Positions 49,809 through 62,779 of a DNA stretch of 64,000 nucleotides are shown here, piece by piece. The notes below the pieces were generated by a model, which saw nothing but the letters and a program-made list of their open reading frames with translations, ran no database searches and had not been told where the DNA came from. The DNA is from Utricularia gibba (Eukaryota; Plantae; Magnoliophyta). The stretch's first letter is position 1. Each line of letters begins with the position of its first letter. The position numbers and the translations under genes were made by a program. The stretch spans positions 496,001 through 560,000 of the forward strand of contig NEEC01000011.1 in assembly GCA_002189035.1 (NCBI GenBank). The letters run 5' to 3'.

Positions 49809-52800
49809 TGTTGGATGAGGAAGAGCTTGTTTTTATGCTATGCAATTAATGAGCCTCCTCTCGTCTTCCTTCCAACGCGGTTGGCTTAAACAATTTACCC
49901 GGGACCCTTGCCTCAATCTATCGCGTCTATTGGGTACTTGGTTCCAAATGAAAAAAGTTGGATCCATAGATGGGTGAAGTAGGAAGACATGTGCTGGTTA
50001 CTTTATTGTTCTATTTCTGGGTGATTGTGAGTTGTGAGTTGTATTAGAAGACAAATTCCACGGGTGCACAACTAATTGAAATAGAGCCAACGCTAGAAAA
50101 TCTAAAATAGCTATCATCATGAGCTAACTCCACAATTGGAATGTGAGTGTGAATATCAAATGTATGATGATTCTCATGAGAATATCCAAAATCAGTCATT
50201 ACATGAAATTTTTGCTATTGTATTAAGAGTTGAACTTCAAAGAGAGAGTTCATCACTCAAACAACACAAATCTAGTTTTGCACAGCCTAATCAAATGTAT
50301 GCTAGGGGTTGGGGATTCAGTTTCACAATAGCCCATCCCATTGTTATCAATTTTCCCTCCTCCCAATAGTGGAAGTCACATGACACCAAGGGATCAGGAA
50401 ATCAAGATGAGATTTTGTCATATCATTCCTCTCCAAACTCCACTCCTTCCACATCACACCAATATTCATCAGAATCCTTTTTAAAAAATGAAATGGGAAG
50501 GGAAATGGTGAAATTTGGACACTTGGACATTTAATCAGTGGAAAAACACTTTTGTCTTTGCTATTTTTATCAATCCATTTTCAATTGTTCTCATCTATTC
50601 ATGTGATTCTTCCTTGCACAAACTTTTCTCAATTTGTTCATAAAAATTTTATATTATATACTTTTTTATATAATTTTTTGTAAGAAAGGGTATAATCATT
50701 TTTTTACAAAAATAATCACTTCCAAAACATTGCCTATACAAATTTTAATTTAGCAACCAAACATAGCTTTTAAAACATCTCCCTATTAAAGTATGCCCCT
50801 TTTCCATCTAATATTGCTGTTAAAGCATTTCCCATTATATCAATTTTCCTGAAACAAGCATGTCATGTAACCTTGAATAATATATTCTTGGTCAAGGCTA
50901 AAATATTGCCGACTGGCCCAGTTGCTTCTCGTGGATTTTCATCACCCTGCTTGCAATGGATTGGTGCTTGTTCCTATTGAAAATAATACTACAACCATAC
51001 AACGACAAACACAAAGATGGTTGGGACCGTGTGCAGAAAAAAAAAAAAACTCAATCACATCGTAGCAAGTGGACAATTTGCATTCCAAGCACTAAATCAA
51101 GAACAAGACATTTTGAATGTGGTTAAAGCTACAACGTTTCAGGATTTTGAGTTTATAAGTACTTTTTGTCTGTCTCATAATTTTTGGACAATAATGTGTA
51201 AATTATTGACATGAGTGCCATTATATACATTTGTAATGCAAAATCTCTTTTCCTAAGCCTTAGCAAAACAATCCAGCTTATCTCTATTTTTATTGCCAAT
51301 GGTAATCTTATTCAAGTTGTATTCAAGGGATCAGTCACGTTGAACTTCTTGATTATGCTAAATGATGTGTATATTCCATCCTTTTAGTACAATCTCCTTT
51401 TGGATCAATTGCCTTTATAAATCCAACAGAGCTAATTCCTTTTTCTCACCGACTACTTCCTTTCTATAGGGTCAAGGGTGCCCCGACTTTTGTGGGGTGG
51501 AATGTGAGTTCAATAGTTTAAACCGATCGGATCTATGTATGTATTTTTTAAAATTTTCTAACAAGTATGGCTGATCTATGTATGTTGATTTTTTTATGGA
51601 TTTCTAAATAAAAGAATATGTGAAACATATTCTAGAAACATATCATATGTACCAATTAGTTTGCTTGCCTTTGTTGTTTCACAAGGATTTCTAGAAAAAA
51701 GAATATACTGAAGGAGGAAGGGGTGGGGTGTTCCGTGATTTGTGAAAGGCTTGTGAAAGTGGAATTGCGAAGTAGTTTCCATCTAACTCAATGATTACAA
51801 CAAAATTTTCAACCTCAGGATATAATATGAGCATATATATATGCTTGTATTTAGTATCATTAATTAGGAGGAAAAAGTATCATTGTAATTCTATTTATCA
51901 GGTTCAAGTTATCCTCATCTAACAAGGGCATGCAAGAGAGAATCTCTATAAATACAGGATAAGGAGATACCTATGGAGAACCTGCTCGAAAATGGTTCAA
52001 ATGAGATGAATCCCAACAAAGGGTGATTCCCACAAGCACTAACAAGACAACACATCGGATAGCATTGGATTGTTGTCCCTTCATATTGGCTAAGGGTAGT
52101 CAATCATAATGAAACCATTAATAAATAGTACCCAAGTAGAGTATTGCTCAAAAAGAAAGTGCCTAGGTGAGCACTACTAGATGAATGAGGCTTAATCAAG
52201 GTATGTTTGAAAAGGGGTCCCATAAAAGCCCCTAGACATGAGGTACAAAATGTTTGGCTAGACAAAGTTCATAATGATATCTATATTCAAAGAAGACCCA
52301 ACTAACAGTGTCCAATAAGACATTTCCTATGCACAGAAGACCTGGGTATGTAGTACAAAACAAGATAATACACTTTGAAGCATAAGCTCAAGCACGAAGT
52401 GTCTAAGAAGGACCTCGCATATGAAGACCCTAATGGAACCCATGAAGTGAGCGACTATGGAAGAAAAGTGTCCAAAGTGATTTTATAGAAAAAAAAGTTT
52501 ATATAATATTGGTCTAAAATAAATCTATATTACTAATATTACACATCATGAGTAATGGCACCCATCATTAATGATGGCACCTTTGATACAAGCGATGGCG
52601 CGTTCAGTGTAGGCATGCGTTAGGTGTAGGCACCATCATTGATGGTGATCTCATACTTAGGCTATTGTTCATTGGACATCTTCCATTAAGCACAAATTAT
52701 TGCCTTTGAATTTATTCACATGTTGAGAATATCTTGGCATGGGCTCTTAATAAGTGCCTTTCGTGAGAATTACGACAACCGAATTCTACTAACACAAACT

Positions 52801-53859
52801 TATACTCAGCCTAAACAACCCATAACCTGATTCCAACGATTAACGCCAGAGAAATGCAAAGAACACCAGATTTTTAGTGTGGAAAACCTTTGGCTAAAAA
52901 GCCATGGTGTTGATTCTAGTCCTCTAAAATTTTACCTTCAGCCTCAAGTTCTCTCCGCTGCTTCTTGTTCATTTCTGGAATTTCAAGCATTTTCCTCCAT
53001 GGTGGGCAGCACTTGTTCTTCCGGTACAACAGATTCCTTGTCATTGTTTTGTGCAATATTTTCGGATGCAAAGTGTGCATGGTGTTGACTCCATAATGAG
53101 TGAACAGGTATGAAAAGTCTTGTGCACCAAGAGGATTAGAGACATTCATGGTGTGGGTTTGGGACCATTTGGATGTCCATGTAGCTTCCAAAATTTACAA
53201 TATTTTTTAAAAAATGTATATTAAATTCTAGTTATCTTTAAAAATATTTATCTCAAATTTTAAAAATTTTTAAAATATTTTTTAGCCGAAATGCCATAAA
53301 TTGAGTTTATTGGTAAACTTGTTGATTAGATTTTGGACAAGTTCAAATATTTGATTGTAAAATAAATATGATTAAAATATTGTGATTTAAAAAACGATTT
53401 TTCCCAAAAAATCCTATATAAGAGTATTTCAAATGGTTTCCACATAAATCTATGTGGCATTCCATTTCATTTATTAGATTTCCATAAACCGTTGTGCAAG
53501 TGTAGTTTTGATTTCAGATTTATGTGGAATGGAATTTTCACTTCCATTTTAGAAATTCATTAAATTGGGCGTCAAAAGATGATACCAACTTTTTTCTTCC
53601 TCAATTCCATTATTTCCAATGCTTCAATTCTTCAATATAAGCCTATTTGAATTATAGCTTGTTCTTACATAATTCCACTAGTGCCAACACTTCGATTCTT
53701 CGCTACAAGTCTATTTGAATTATATTTTGTTTGTGGGTCTTGGATAATAGATCTTCAAACCTATACTTAAAGGTTAGGTCTTTCAAACCTATCTTATATC
53801 CAAACTCATAGTCTTGTTCATGGGCCTTGGATAATAACTCTTCAAACATATCCTAAAAT

Positions 53860-54044
53860 TGATATCTCCAATATTTATCTTTATGTTGTATGTTTTTAGC
53901 ATTTCATCAATTATCTTCTATCTTTTAATATTATTTGTTTACGTAAATAATTGTAAAGAAAATAAAAATTTAGTAATTGAATTTCCAGAAATTTAGTAAT
54001 GTTGACATATCACTTTAGATTTTCGAAAATCGTTGGAGATGTTC
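53860..54044. mobile_element. Tourist-like MITE
   Basis: Imperfect TIRs TGATATCTCCAA ... TTGGAGATGTTC, followed by TAA, with an AT-rich interior. Confidence 0.5.
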
Positions 54045-55217
54045 TAATGTGTTATATATACTACCTAAAAATATGGTAAAATATATATTTACAGTAATAT
54101 GTATTTTGACTTGACACCACTAACTGTTCCTTTGCTTTTTTTTTTTTTCGTTTTTTGTCAGATGAATTTTGCGTTTTTGAAACTGTAATGGTAATGAAAT
54201 CCCTATTAATTTGACGGTGCGCCATTTCTCCGCGGCTATTTTTGCAGCAAAGATAAAAGTATGGTAAAAGTAGATGGTTTGCATGAAGCAACTGATTCCC
54301 CGGCGCAAATCGACACTCCGAAAACAACATTCTCAAACGAAAGATGCAGAAAAGGTACAGAGGTTGTATAATAAGCTTCCTATTCTTGATATAAGAGGCT
54401 TGTTTGTGCAGAGAACTCTGTAGAAGGAGCCACAACATCAAGAAAAACTTCATGACACGGTATTGTGCAAACCAGAAATCCCAGTGCATCAGAGACGCCC
54501 ACCAGAACGCGGTTTCTGCGCCGGTCGTTCTGAGTTTTCACCCGAATCCGTCATTATTGATCACCTGAAATCTCTTCAAGCACGGAACCAGAGTCGTCAT
54601 CCCGCCGACATCGCCCCTTTTTGTGGCATCACGAAACCCTTCCCGACTGTGGCCCTCGAACTTGTGGGTGCCAGATAATGCGGCGGTTTAGGGAACAGAG
54701 CTCACAGCAAGATTAAATGAAGCAACCCATCTACTTGATTCGCGTCTGATTAGAAGAACAACAACCAGATGAAGAAGTTTAAGAAATTTGCCAGTTGTCT
54801 GCGCAGAGCTGTGAAGCGGCATGCCGGCGCCGGTCATGACTTGTATCTCAGTAATTCAAAACCAAGAACTTGGCTCATAAACTCAACTACAGTAGGAGAA
54901 ACCAGACAATTCAAGCCGGTGGAGAATGCGAGTCGTAGTTGGGCTGGTGCCCATTGTTGATGCTCCACCATCCTCCTGATCTCCGAGGAAACAAGTAGCC
55001 CCGCGTGGAAACCGGAAACGTTCGACTGATGCTCCGGAATCAGCTGCATGCTCCAAATACGAAAGCGTAAAACAAACAAGCCTTTATTCAACACTAGATG
55101 CCACAACCCAGACAAAGCAGGAGCAATAAAATCCTAAGTCAGCAAACACAAATCGAAAGACTTCTTGGCTGGATGACCGATCACCAAGCAAACAACAGTA
55201 TCATCCCACCACAATCT

Positions 55218-55637
55218 TCAACAGGGGTACATTTGAGCTGAAGCAGGAATGCCTTGAACTGGGCATGGCAGCCGCCATGGCTCATGCAGAGAATCCGGGA
55301 TAGCAGGAATATCTACATCGAGGCCACTCACCTCAGATGCGATTTCTAGAACCGAGTTCAGGCACCTAAGACGATCAGTTAGCTTGGAGAGCTGTGCCCT
55401 TAAGACATTGTTCTCAGATGCGTAGTTGATGTAGAGATCAGCTGAACCATCAATCATGGTCCTCAACTTCTTGTTCTCCTCCTGCATCTGACTTACTTGT
55501 CCAATCAGCTCATCCAATTGTTTTTGCTTCCTCATCCGTGATCTTCGAGCCGACTCACGATTGGACAGCATTCTCTTCCTCTTCCTCTCATCGCCCTCAG
55601 ATGATTCCGGGCTTTTCGGCTGTTGTTTTGAGGCCAT
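55218..55637 (-). CDS. bZIP53: Group S1 bZIP transcription factor (bZIP53-like), intronless
   Basis: DERKRKRMLSNRESARRSRMRKQKQLDEL basic region, a leucine zipper, ENNVLRAQ..LTDRL..LN and PDSLHEPW.LPCP. The start could instead be 55643 or 55673. Confidence 0.92.
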   Translation of the reverse strand: MASKQQPKSPESSEGDERKRKRMLSNRESARRSRMRKQKQLDELIGQVSQMQEENKKLRTMIDGSADLYINYASENNVLRAQLSKLTDRLRCLNSVLEIASEVSGLDVDIPAIPDSLHEPWRLPCPVQGIPASAQMYPC

Positions 55638-55767
55638 GGACATAAAACGGGTCGTTGATTCCACAGGGTGCACAATTACAAAAACAGTGTTGGGCTAATT
55701 TAACAAACACAGGTGGCTTGATAAGGGTATTGAAAATCAGGGGCAAGGAAAATCACGGGCGAGCGCT

Positions 55768-55851
55768 TCAAGAGAAAACATAGAACCAGTACAAAAATAC
55801 CACCGAGAAGGAATGAAGAATTCTAATCCTTCGCATCCGGATCCCCGTCAT
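55768..55851 (-). promoter_or_regulatory. Conserved-peptide uORF for sucrose-induced repression of translation (SIRT)
   Basis: Encodes MTGIRMRRIRILHSFSVVFLYWFYVFS*, the C-terminal signature of S1-bZIP uORFs, ending 130 nt upstream of the likely main ATG. Confidence 0.95.
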
Positions 55852-56165
55852 GTAAACACGCTCATCAAGAACAAGGGGGAAAAAAAGGAAAAGCACCAAT
55901 TCAATTGTCAAAGTGTCTGAATCTCTGAACAGTGAAATTAACCCACCCAAATCGGGGGTCTTTACAGTTGATTTTATCTGCAAAAGCCATGAAGAAACCA
56001 AATCAAACCAACCCGAACTGAAAATCAGCTAACAACAAGCAAAGATAAAATTCAAACAAAAAAAAATACAGAAATTAAGAGACATATAAATAAATAGAGA
56101 AACACGAACCCTAGGAGTGACGTGAAGAACTCGTGTAAAGGAGGTTGGAGGCGTCGAGAGAAGTG

Positions 56166-56176
56166 GTATTTATAGA
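56166..56176 (-). promoter_or_regulatory. Candidate TATA box of the bZIP gene
   Basis: CTCTATAAATA on the minus strand, upstream of a pyrimidine-rich leader. It implies a 5' UTR of about 500 nt, typical of S1 bZIPs. Confidence 0.6.
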
Positions 56177-56599
56177 GAGAATTCGGTGGGCTTCGACAGC
56201 TCAGGAATTCAGCATTGACGGGCTGTGTTGAAAGCTTTACCCCCCGCGGGCCACCGTGGACCGGAAACCGTGAGCCTTATCAACAACCCGCACGCCGATC
56301 AACGAGCATATTTGAATTACCAAAGTAGCTTTATCCATTTGACAAACAAAGTGACTTTCAGAAAATATTGCGGCTTTCTTCATATATTTTTAAAATAATT
56401 TTAAAATAGTAATAGTTTCACATATAATATTTTTATATTAATTATTTTGAAATAGATTATGTTTTAAAATTCAAAGCAATCAATCAAAAATTGTGAGAGA
56501 AAAATTATTGATATTGTCTATGTTTTGGTTGATTTGCAACAATTAACAATTTTAGTGAATTTGAGATTTTTATTACAATTTTAGTGTTAGGGAAAAAAG

Positions 56600-57130
56600 G
56601 AAATGGAGAGCCCTCTCCATACTGTTACTGGACACGAGAAATGCATGCTACAAACCACACTCCACAAGAAAGGGATAATATTTGTGACTCACAACCAATC
56701 AGATTCCTTGAATCAACAAGTAGCTGATCTCTTCGAGAGAAAACGAGGGGTAGGTGATTGGGAATATGGAAACTTGAGGCATTGATTCCAATGTTGGACT
56801 TCCCTTCCACGGGCATAGCATGAGTTGGAAGGCGGCTATTTTTTCCATCATAAGCAGAGGTCTCACATCTATTACGAGTAGGAGGCGGTGGGCACTGACT
56901 TCCCAAGACCTTGGAAGATGTTGTGGGAAGTCTCTCACTCCAAGTCAGAGTATTTCCCATGAAGATAGAATTCATTGGTGTGCCTTAAGCCAATAAACAT
57001 AACAGGAATGTGAATTCTCCCCAATGGAACAGGAGAGACTTCAATTGGAATTGCTTTCAATCCTCTCTTGCCACTAAAGACCACAAAATGCCTTCTTCAC
57101 TAACGGGTAATCACTATAAAAACAAGACCT
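56600..57130 (-). mobile_element. Copia integrase C-terminus/RT N-terminus remnant
   Basis: Decayed S..C.Y..L..HQ-like and LVDSRNLIGC (LV..NLVGCKW-like) motifs on the minus strand. Confidence 0.45.
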
Positions 57131-57546
57131 AGCCCTTGAAATCTAAAGTGGAAATTGGTGATTCATGTAGGGTATTTCTCTGTCCTCTCTTAGATTCCTA
57201 CTCATAAAAAAAAAAGACAACTGAAAAAATAAGGAAAATACAAGATTGAATACAGTGAGTTGATTGAATCTCTCATTATAGCAAATTCCTGATACTTTGG
57301 TGACTCCAATATCAATACAAAGCAAAATGAAATCAAAGAAGTAATATGCAGATTTATGTCTCAATAACCAAGAAATTACAATTTTTTTTGTTTAGAAAAG
57401 TTTATTTACTTGCTTATAAATAGTGGTCGTGATCACATGTATTAGACACACAGAAAAATAAAGCAAACATTTGTCTTCTCGAATTTTCATTTTTTTTTTC
57501 AAAACACTTTCTCCCTAGAATTCCTGTTGTTTTTAGTCCTCCTTGA

Positions 57547-58040
57547 TGGTATCAAAGCTTTGCCACCTCGCACAAGCATAGGGCAACCGCCATTAACACC
57601 TTTTCCCTTAATGTTTCCCATGTCGTCACAATCCAGTTGTCGCCCTCAAGTGGCCCACTTTGGCATGAATAGTTTCTCGTTCTCGTTGAAAGCCAAGAAC
57701 TCACTGGCCTATTAACTAGTGAGACAGCAATCCCACTGCAATTCCACACCACCAGTTCTGAAAATACAATAGGAATGCAAGAAACCCAAGAATATATTGC
57801 CTAAAAAAAGACGATCGGCACAATCTCAAGAAGAATCTCTTAGCATTTGCATTGGCTTGGAGACGGCATATGTCATATGGGAATTGTTGAAGAATGAACA
57901 TGCCAAGGACTTAGAGGAACGAGAGATTGTGCTACATCATCAAATCACCTATTTGAGGAAAACAAACAACAAATCAATTGATGAGCACATCGAAGCATTC
58001 AACATCATCTCTGAGAAAAGGTTTATTTTCTTCTTACAAA
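57547..58040 (+). mobile_element. Copia (Ale-like) PBS and gag remnant
   Basis: PBS TGGTATCAAAGC at 57547, then VTIQLS..PLWHE..LVESQELTGLL and EESL..CIGLETAY.IWELLK..REI.LHHQITYLRK..SIDEHI. Confidence 0.7.
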
Positions 58041-58599
58041 CTTAGGATTTAATTATAACTCATTTATTACCACTATGATGAACCAACTAAGTCCCTCTTA
58101 TGTTGAGCTTATCCCATAAGTCAAGAGTTACATCATGCATCAACAATTCTCTTCACTCTTCTCTTGTCTTCTTGAGTACTCGGTTATATGAGTAAGAAAT
58201 TGTCTACTCTCCCTTACACTCTCTTGCAAGAAGGCACGAGAATAGCCTGATGTTGCTCCTCCTTGGACGAACATGAGAATAAGAGGCCCTGCCTGCGTAC
58301 CCTCACGGCCGAATTGCGCGCATGTGCCCGAGTGTTGCCAATGACCCAATGAGTCCAGATATGAGGTCACTACCTGTCCATTGATCCTGAGGTACGGCCA
58401 CAGACAAAACGTTGTCTTCCTCTTGCCAAAAGGGCAGAAGTTGGTGCTCTCTACCTTGCTCCTCTCCAAAACTCGTGGGTAGTGATTAGTTAACCATGAA
58501 TCTTGAATAAGGGGACTGTTACAAAAAGACTGCAACATAGTCGCGTGAAGACATACAAAGCCCGTTCAGATTCAAAGAAGAGATGAAGATAAGCTAACG

Positions 58600-60520
58600 A
58601 AACATAGATTTGGGGGTGTTCCAACCCAGAAATGGAAGTTCTAGTCGCGAACGGCCATACAACCTCACATTTGGTATTTTGCTGGAAGTTAAACTTTTGT
58701 CTTTGGTATTATTTCTTCAAAATAGTTGATGTGCATTAGAATTTTGGCATGCTTCTTGCTAAGGTATGCTTTTGCATATTGTTCATTTTGTACTCCTTAC
58801 ACAAGCTACATAGCCCTACTTTCTTGGTGAGGAGACCACTCTTATTCTCTTTTCTTTATGAGTGACCTGAATGTACCACGATCATGGGCTTGTTCTTGTG
58901 TATACGTCTGGGTTATTCTACAGGTCTTGCGCAAAGGGATTGAGGCATTAGAATTTTCCCTATTTTATCTCTATTATCCCACCTTCAATCTACATAGTGA
59001 GCCCTGCTTGGCCTGAAAAACTTTTATTTGGATCACCACATCAGAAGCCAAACCCATTTTTACAATTATAGCCTACTAAAATTTCTCTTGACCCAAGGAA
59101 GGAGCATCTGGAGAATAGTTTTGTTCGTTTGCTTGCACAAGCTGCAGAACTAGGAGCTCTATTACAAAAGTAGAAAAGTTGAGAGCAATTTTCAACTCAG
59201 TGATGAAGCTCTATATCAACAAATTATGAAGGGATTTTCAATAGACATACTATGCAAGAGAGAGATCGATTTCGAAAAAAAAAAGAATGAATGAAAAAAA
59301 AAAAGAGAGAGAAGAAGAAGAAAGAAAAAAGGCTGAAGTGTTGAAAAGAAGCCACAAAACTGAAAGAGGAGTTCCTTAGAGTACGAAAATCAAAAGACAA
59401 GCATGACAGAATTGTTTGATGGATGCTCACTCCTTATTACCCATGAAATGAAACCTCCAACCAAATTTCCTACCTATCCCAAGCTCCTGCCGTGCTACAA
59501 CCCGAGAAAAAGGCCTCATGATTGCGCAAGCTTGCTGAAACTAGTGGATCACTTGCGCAAGTTTACTGACTCGCCTACATTCAGGTATTGAGCGATCCTC
59601 TTTTCATTTCACCCTCCTCTTATGGAATTCTTTTATTGAGTGTATTGAGTGACACCTGTGAGTAGTAACTACGTGCAAGGGGAGCTAGTGGATAGTGTAC
59701 TATTGAATAACTCATGCATTTTGCTAGTCTTACTTCTATTTGCAATTTACTACTTTGGAGAAAAATACCTTGAACAATTGCTTGAGGACAAGCAATCTTT
59801 AAGTGTGGGGGAGTTGATAAATGATTTTGTGTCATTCGAAAACATGTTCTTCCATTATTCTTTAGTGTTGTTTTTACTTATCTTAGACTCTACTTTCTCA
59901 TTATTCTCAATTGATTTTGCATCTTTCACACTACTTTGATCTTTTTGGAGAGAAAGTGTATTTTGTGGATTTTTAGGGTACTTTTGGATCAATTTGAGGA
60001 GAAATCAAGATCCACCAAATTATGGACTTGATGGGCCATGAATCTCAACCCAAGACTGGGTCAATCGATGAAGATTTGGTTCAAGATTCATGGATAAGAT
60101 AAAGATATAAAGATGATCTTGGAAGATGTGAGGTGTAGGGGTTACATTTGGGTTTGGGGAAAACATGGGTTATCACAAGAGGTGAAATGGCTCTGGTGGT
60201 GTGGTTGATTCCATAATTCCACAAAACAAGGGACGGTGCTATAACGGTCATCGAGTAGCACTATTTTAGAATAACACCCCCAAAGCTTGCGCAAGTAGGT
60301 TAGTCTTCAAGGTTTACACACACGCAAGGGACGAGTTTTGAGCAAGGAGTATCTTTGATCCAAGGCCACTTTTCTTATTATTTTTAAACCCAAATCTTTC
60401 TTTTGTTTTTAGTCTTTTCTCAGTCTTTGTTTGAAAAGAAAATTCTAATAAAAATTTCATGTGGATACGATCTTATTTTATTACTTCGACGGTTTCTGTG
60501 CACTAGCAGAATCACCATCA
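58600..60520 (+). mobile_element. Athila-like 3' internal region, PPT and 3' LTR (59815-60520, family B)
   Basis: TTGCTTGAGGACAAGC..TAAGTGTGGGGGAGT then TGATAAATG. The LTR ends GGATACGATCTTATTTTATTACTTCGAC..ACCATCA and is homologous to 18597-19726. Confidence 0.85.
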
Positions 60521-61190
60521 ATTAATGCTTGCGCAAGCATGGCCGAAAAAACAAAGCACACTTCCAGCAACAAATCGCTACTACATCTGAGAAAGGATTG
60601 TGAATGAATCTCATGCTAATAGTACTATGTTGAATGTTCAACTTAACATTTTTATTTTGCTTATTAGATTGTGTTTGGTGAAAATTCACTAAGGTTTTTC
60701 GAGGAACACCTCTGCAGGTCAACACCATATATAAAATATTTGATATTGGCCAATACTAGTGCAAGGTAAATGCACAAAGCAGCATGCCATACTCGATGCT
60801 GCTCAACTCACATAAGGTGCATATGGCAGTACTACATGTTCCATTTCCAGTGCTAGTCAAACACATGCGAAGAGTAGCTATGTAGAGCAGCATCACATGT
60901 ATTCTACCCAGTTTTATACTAAGAAGTGCATCCATGATTACACGGTGTTTTGTTACGAAAGTTGCAAAGCACCAACCTTCCTTGTGATGCGGTGCTTTTG
61001 AACAAGAAAGTATAGTTAGTGACAAACAATATATGACCTTATATGTGGTCCTAGGGGTCATTCGATAACCTAAATAATGCAATTTTTTAGTAGAACATGA
61101 GGAGATATTAAAAGAATAGAGGAAATGCATTGAGGAGTTGCTTGTCATCAGTGGTTGTGAGTGACGAGCACCACATTGCATGGTGCTTGG

Positions 61191-62650
61191 TAATGGGTTT
61201 CTCGTAGGCATCATATGTCTCAAAAGCAGTGGAGTTTCTAAAATTTTGAGAAACCCCAAACGCAGATCTTGGAATACGGTATACATCAGACGAAACGATG
61301 TTCAAAATACCTTTTAGATGACTCCGTTGTTCACCAACCGCCAATAGCAGACGGCCTCTATGGTATCCACACGTGGAGCACTCCGTCGATAACCTTCTCA
61401 AAGCTCTTGAATGCTGGTCGAATTTCTCAGGTGCTAGTAGAGAAAAAAGACTCCAGGTGGATCAGTTTCAGAGAGCACGAAGACCTTGGAGCAGATCTCA
61501 AGATCTAAATCTTTTTTATAGATATTTTGTGACATCAAATCATATCTCCATAAAGATCTCATCTTGCGGAGATATGTATATGTTCCAAATCATATCTATA
61601 TGAGATCTTTTATTTTGAATTTAATCAATATTAATCTCAAAATAGCTATGTATTTAATTTATCCACTTTACCAATTACATCTCATGTAATTGTGTCATTC
61701 TATTTATATCGTTGAGTGACTCCACTATTGTGTGTCACCCTATAGGCTTGTTCAATAAAGTCCGTAATAATGGATTTATTAATTAACTCTTAATTAATCA
61801 AATCCATCATTATCGATCATGAGTGATGTCTAGCAACATATCATGATCCCCAAGATTAAAGAATAATCAAGTGAACTGATTGAGCCTTTCCATGACCAAT
61901 CACCATGCAATGAACAGCTTTCATCATACTTATATCTCATTTGATACCAGAACTTGGGTGTATGTCTTTCTGATGTGTCGAACTTATAATTGCATTCAAG
62001 CACTAATACTCAATGACCTACTCAAACAATTCGAGTGTCATTACCCTTGGCCCAGGACTTACTGTTAGGCTTTGATGCAATTACTTGAGATATAATCTCA
62101 TAGCTAACATGAGTGATGAATCCTTTATTGATCAATCAACTATCTCCAATCTTAAGAAGTCACATCCCTACTCATCCATACTAGGCAAGCCATAGTTAGT
62201 CTCCCATTAGTAATGAGCGAAAATATGAGCTTAAGATGAAAATAACTTTGTTGACCTCAAGTCTAAGCTTATTGCACGGCTATCATATTCGAGATCTTGC
62301 TACTAACACTTGGTTAGCTTCCCATAGTAGCATCTCGAAGATAAGTCATTCAGTGAATCGATTCTCTAATCGACACCCACACATAAGTTCAGATAATCTC
62401 ATTACATAAATCTCTAAACAGTTTAGGGAACTCAATGTGTGCCAGCTTATCCGTATTTGTGATATCATCATTTCAAAAATACTCTAGCCAGGGAGTTTTT
62501 AAATTGAACATAAATGCTTGTAGAATCTCACATTATGATGTCATCATAATTTCTATAGCATATAGATCAAGTAGAAGATTTTATCAATGATATGAATTTG
62601 ATCACAATTTAAAGTAAATATCAAAAGATAAGATTTGCCAATGAGTTGAT
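61191..62650 (-). mobile_element. Solo or orphan LTR of the same Angela family as 26150-32944, missing ~24 bp at its 5' end
   Basis: The reverse complement aligns along nearly the whole of 31443-32944. No PBS adjacent to its 3' end. Confidence 0.92.
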
Positions 62651-62779
62651 TCTCCAAAGTGCTTTCTTTTGCATTATTCATTGTAGGCCATAAACATTTA
62701 CCACCACGAATTCCTTCCCATTCTATTGCATTTTCCATCGGCATTCTATGACTGCTTCCCCTTGCCATCATTGGCAGTA

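Noticed and set aside
52173-52680. CACTAC motif and GATGGCAC/CACCATC repeats suggesting a CACTA end
   Set aside because: No matching TAGTG terminus, 3-bp TSD or Tnp2 remnant was identified.
55852-56001. 77-aa extended version of the SIRT uORF in the ORF track
   Set aside because: Its start codon is TTG. The first in-frame AUG is at 55851.
60540-61190. Minus-strand 176-aa ORF (60756-61286)
   Set aside because: It starts inside the Angela LTR and has no recognisable domain. Likely chance.
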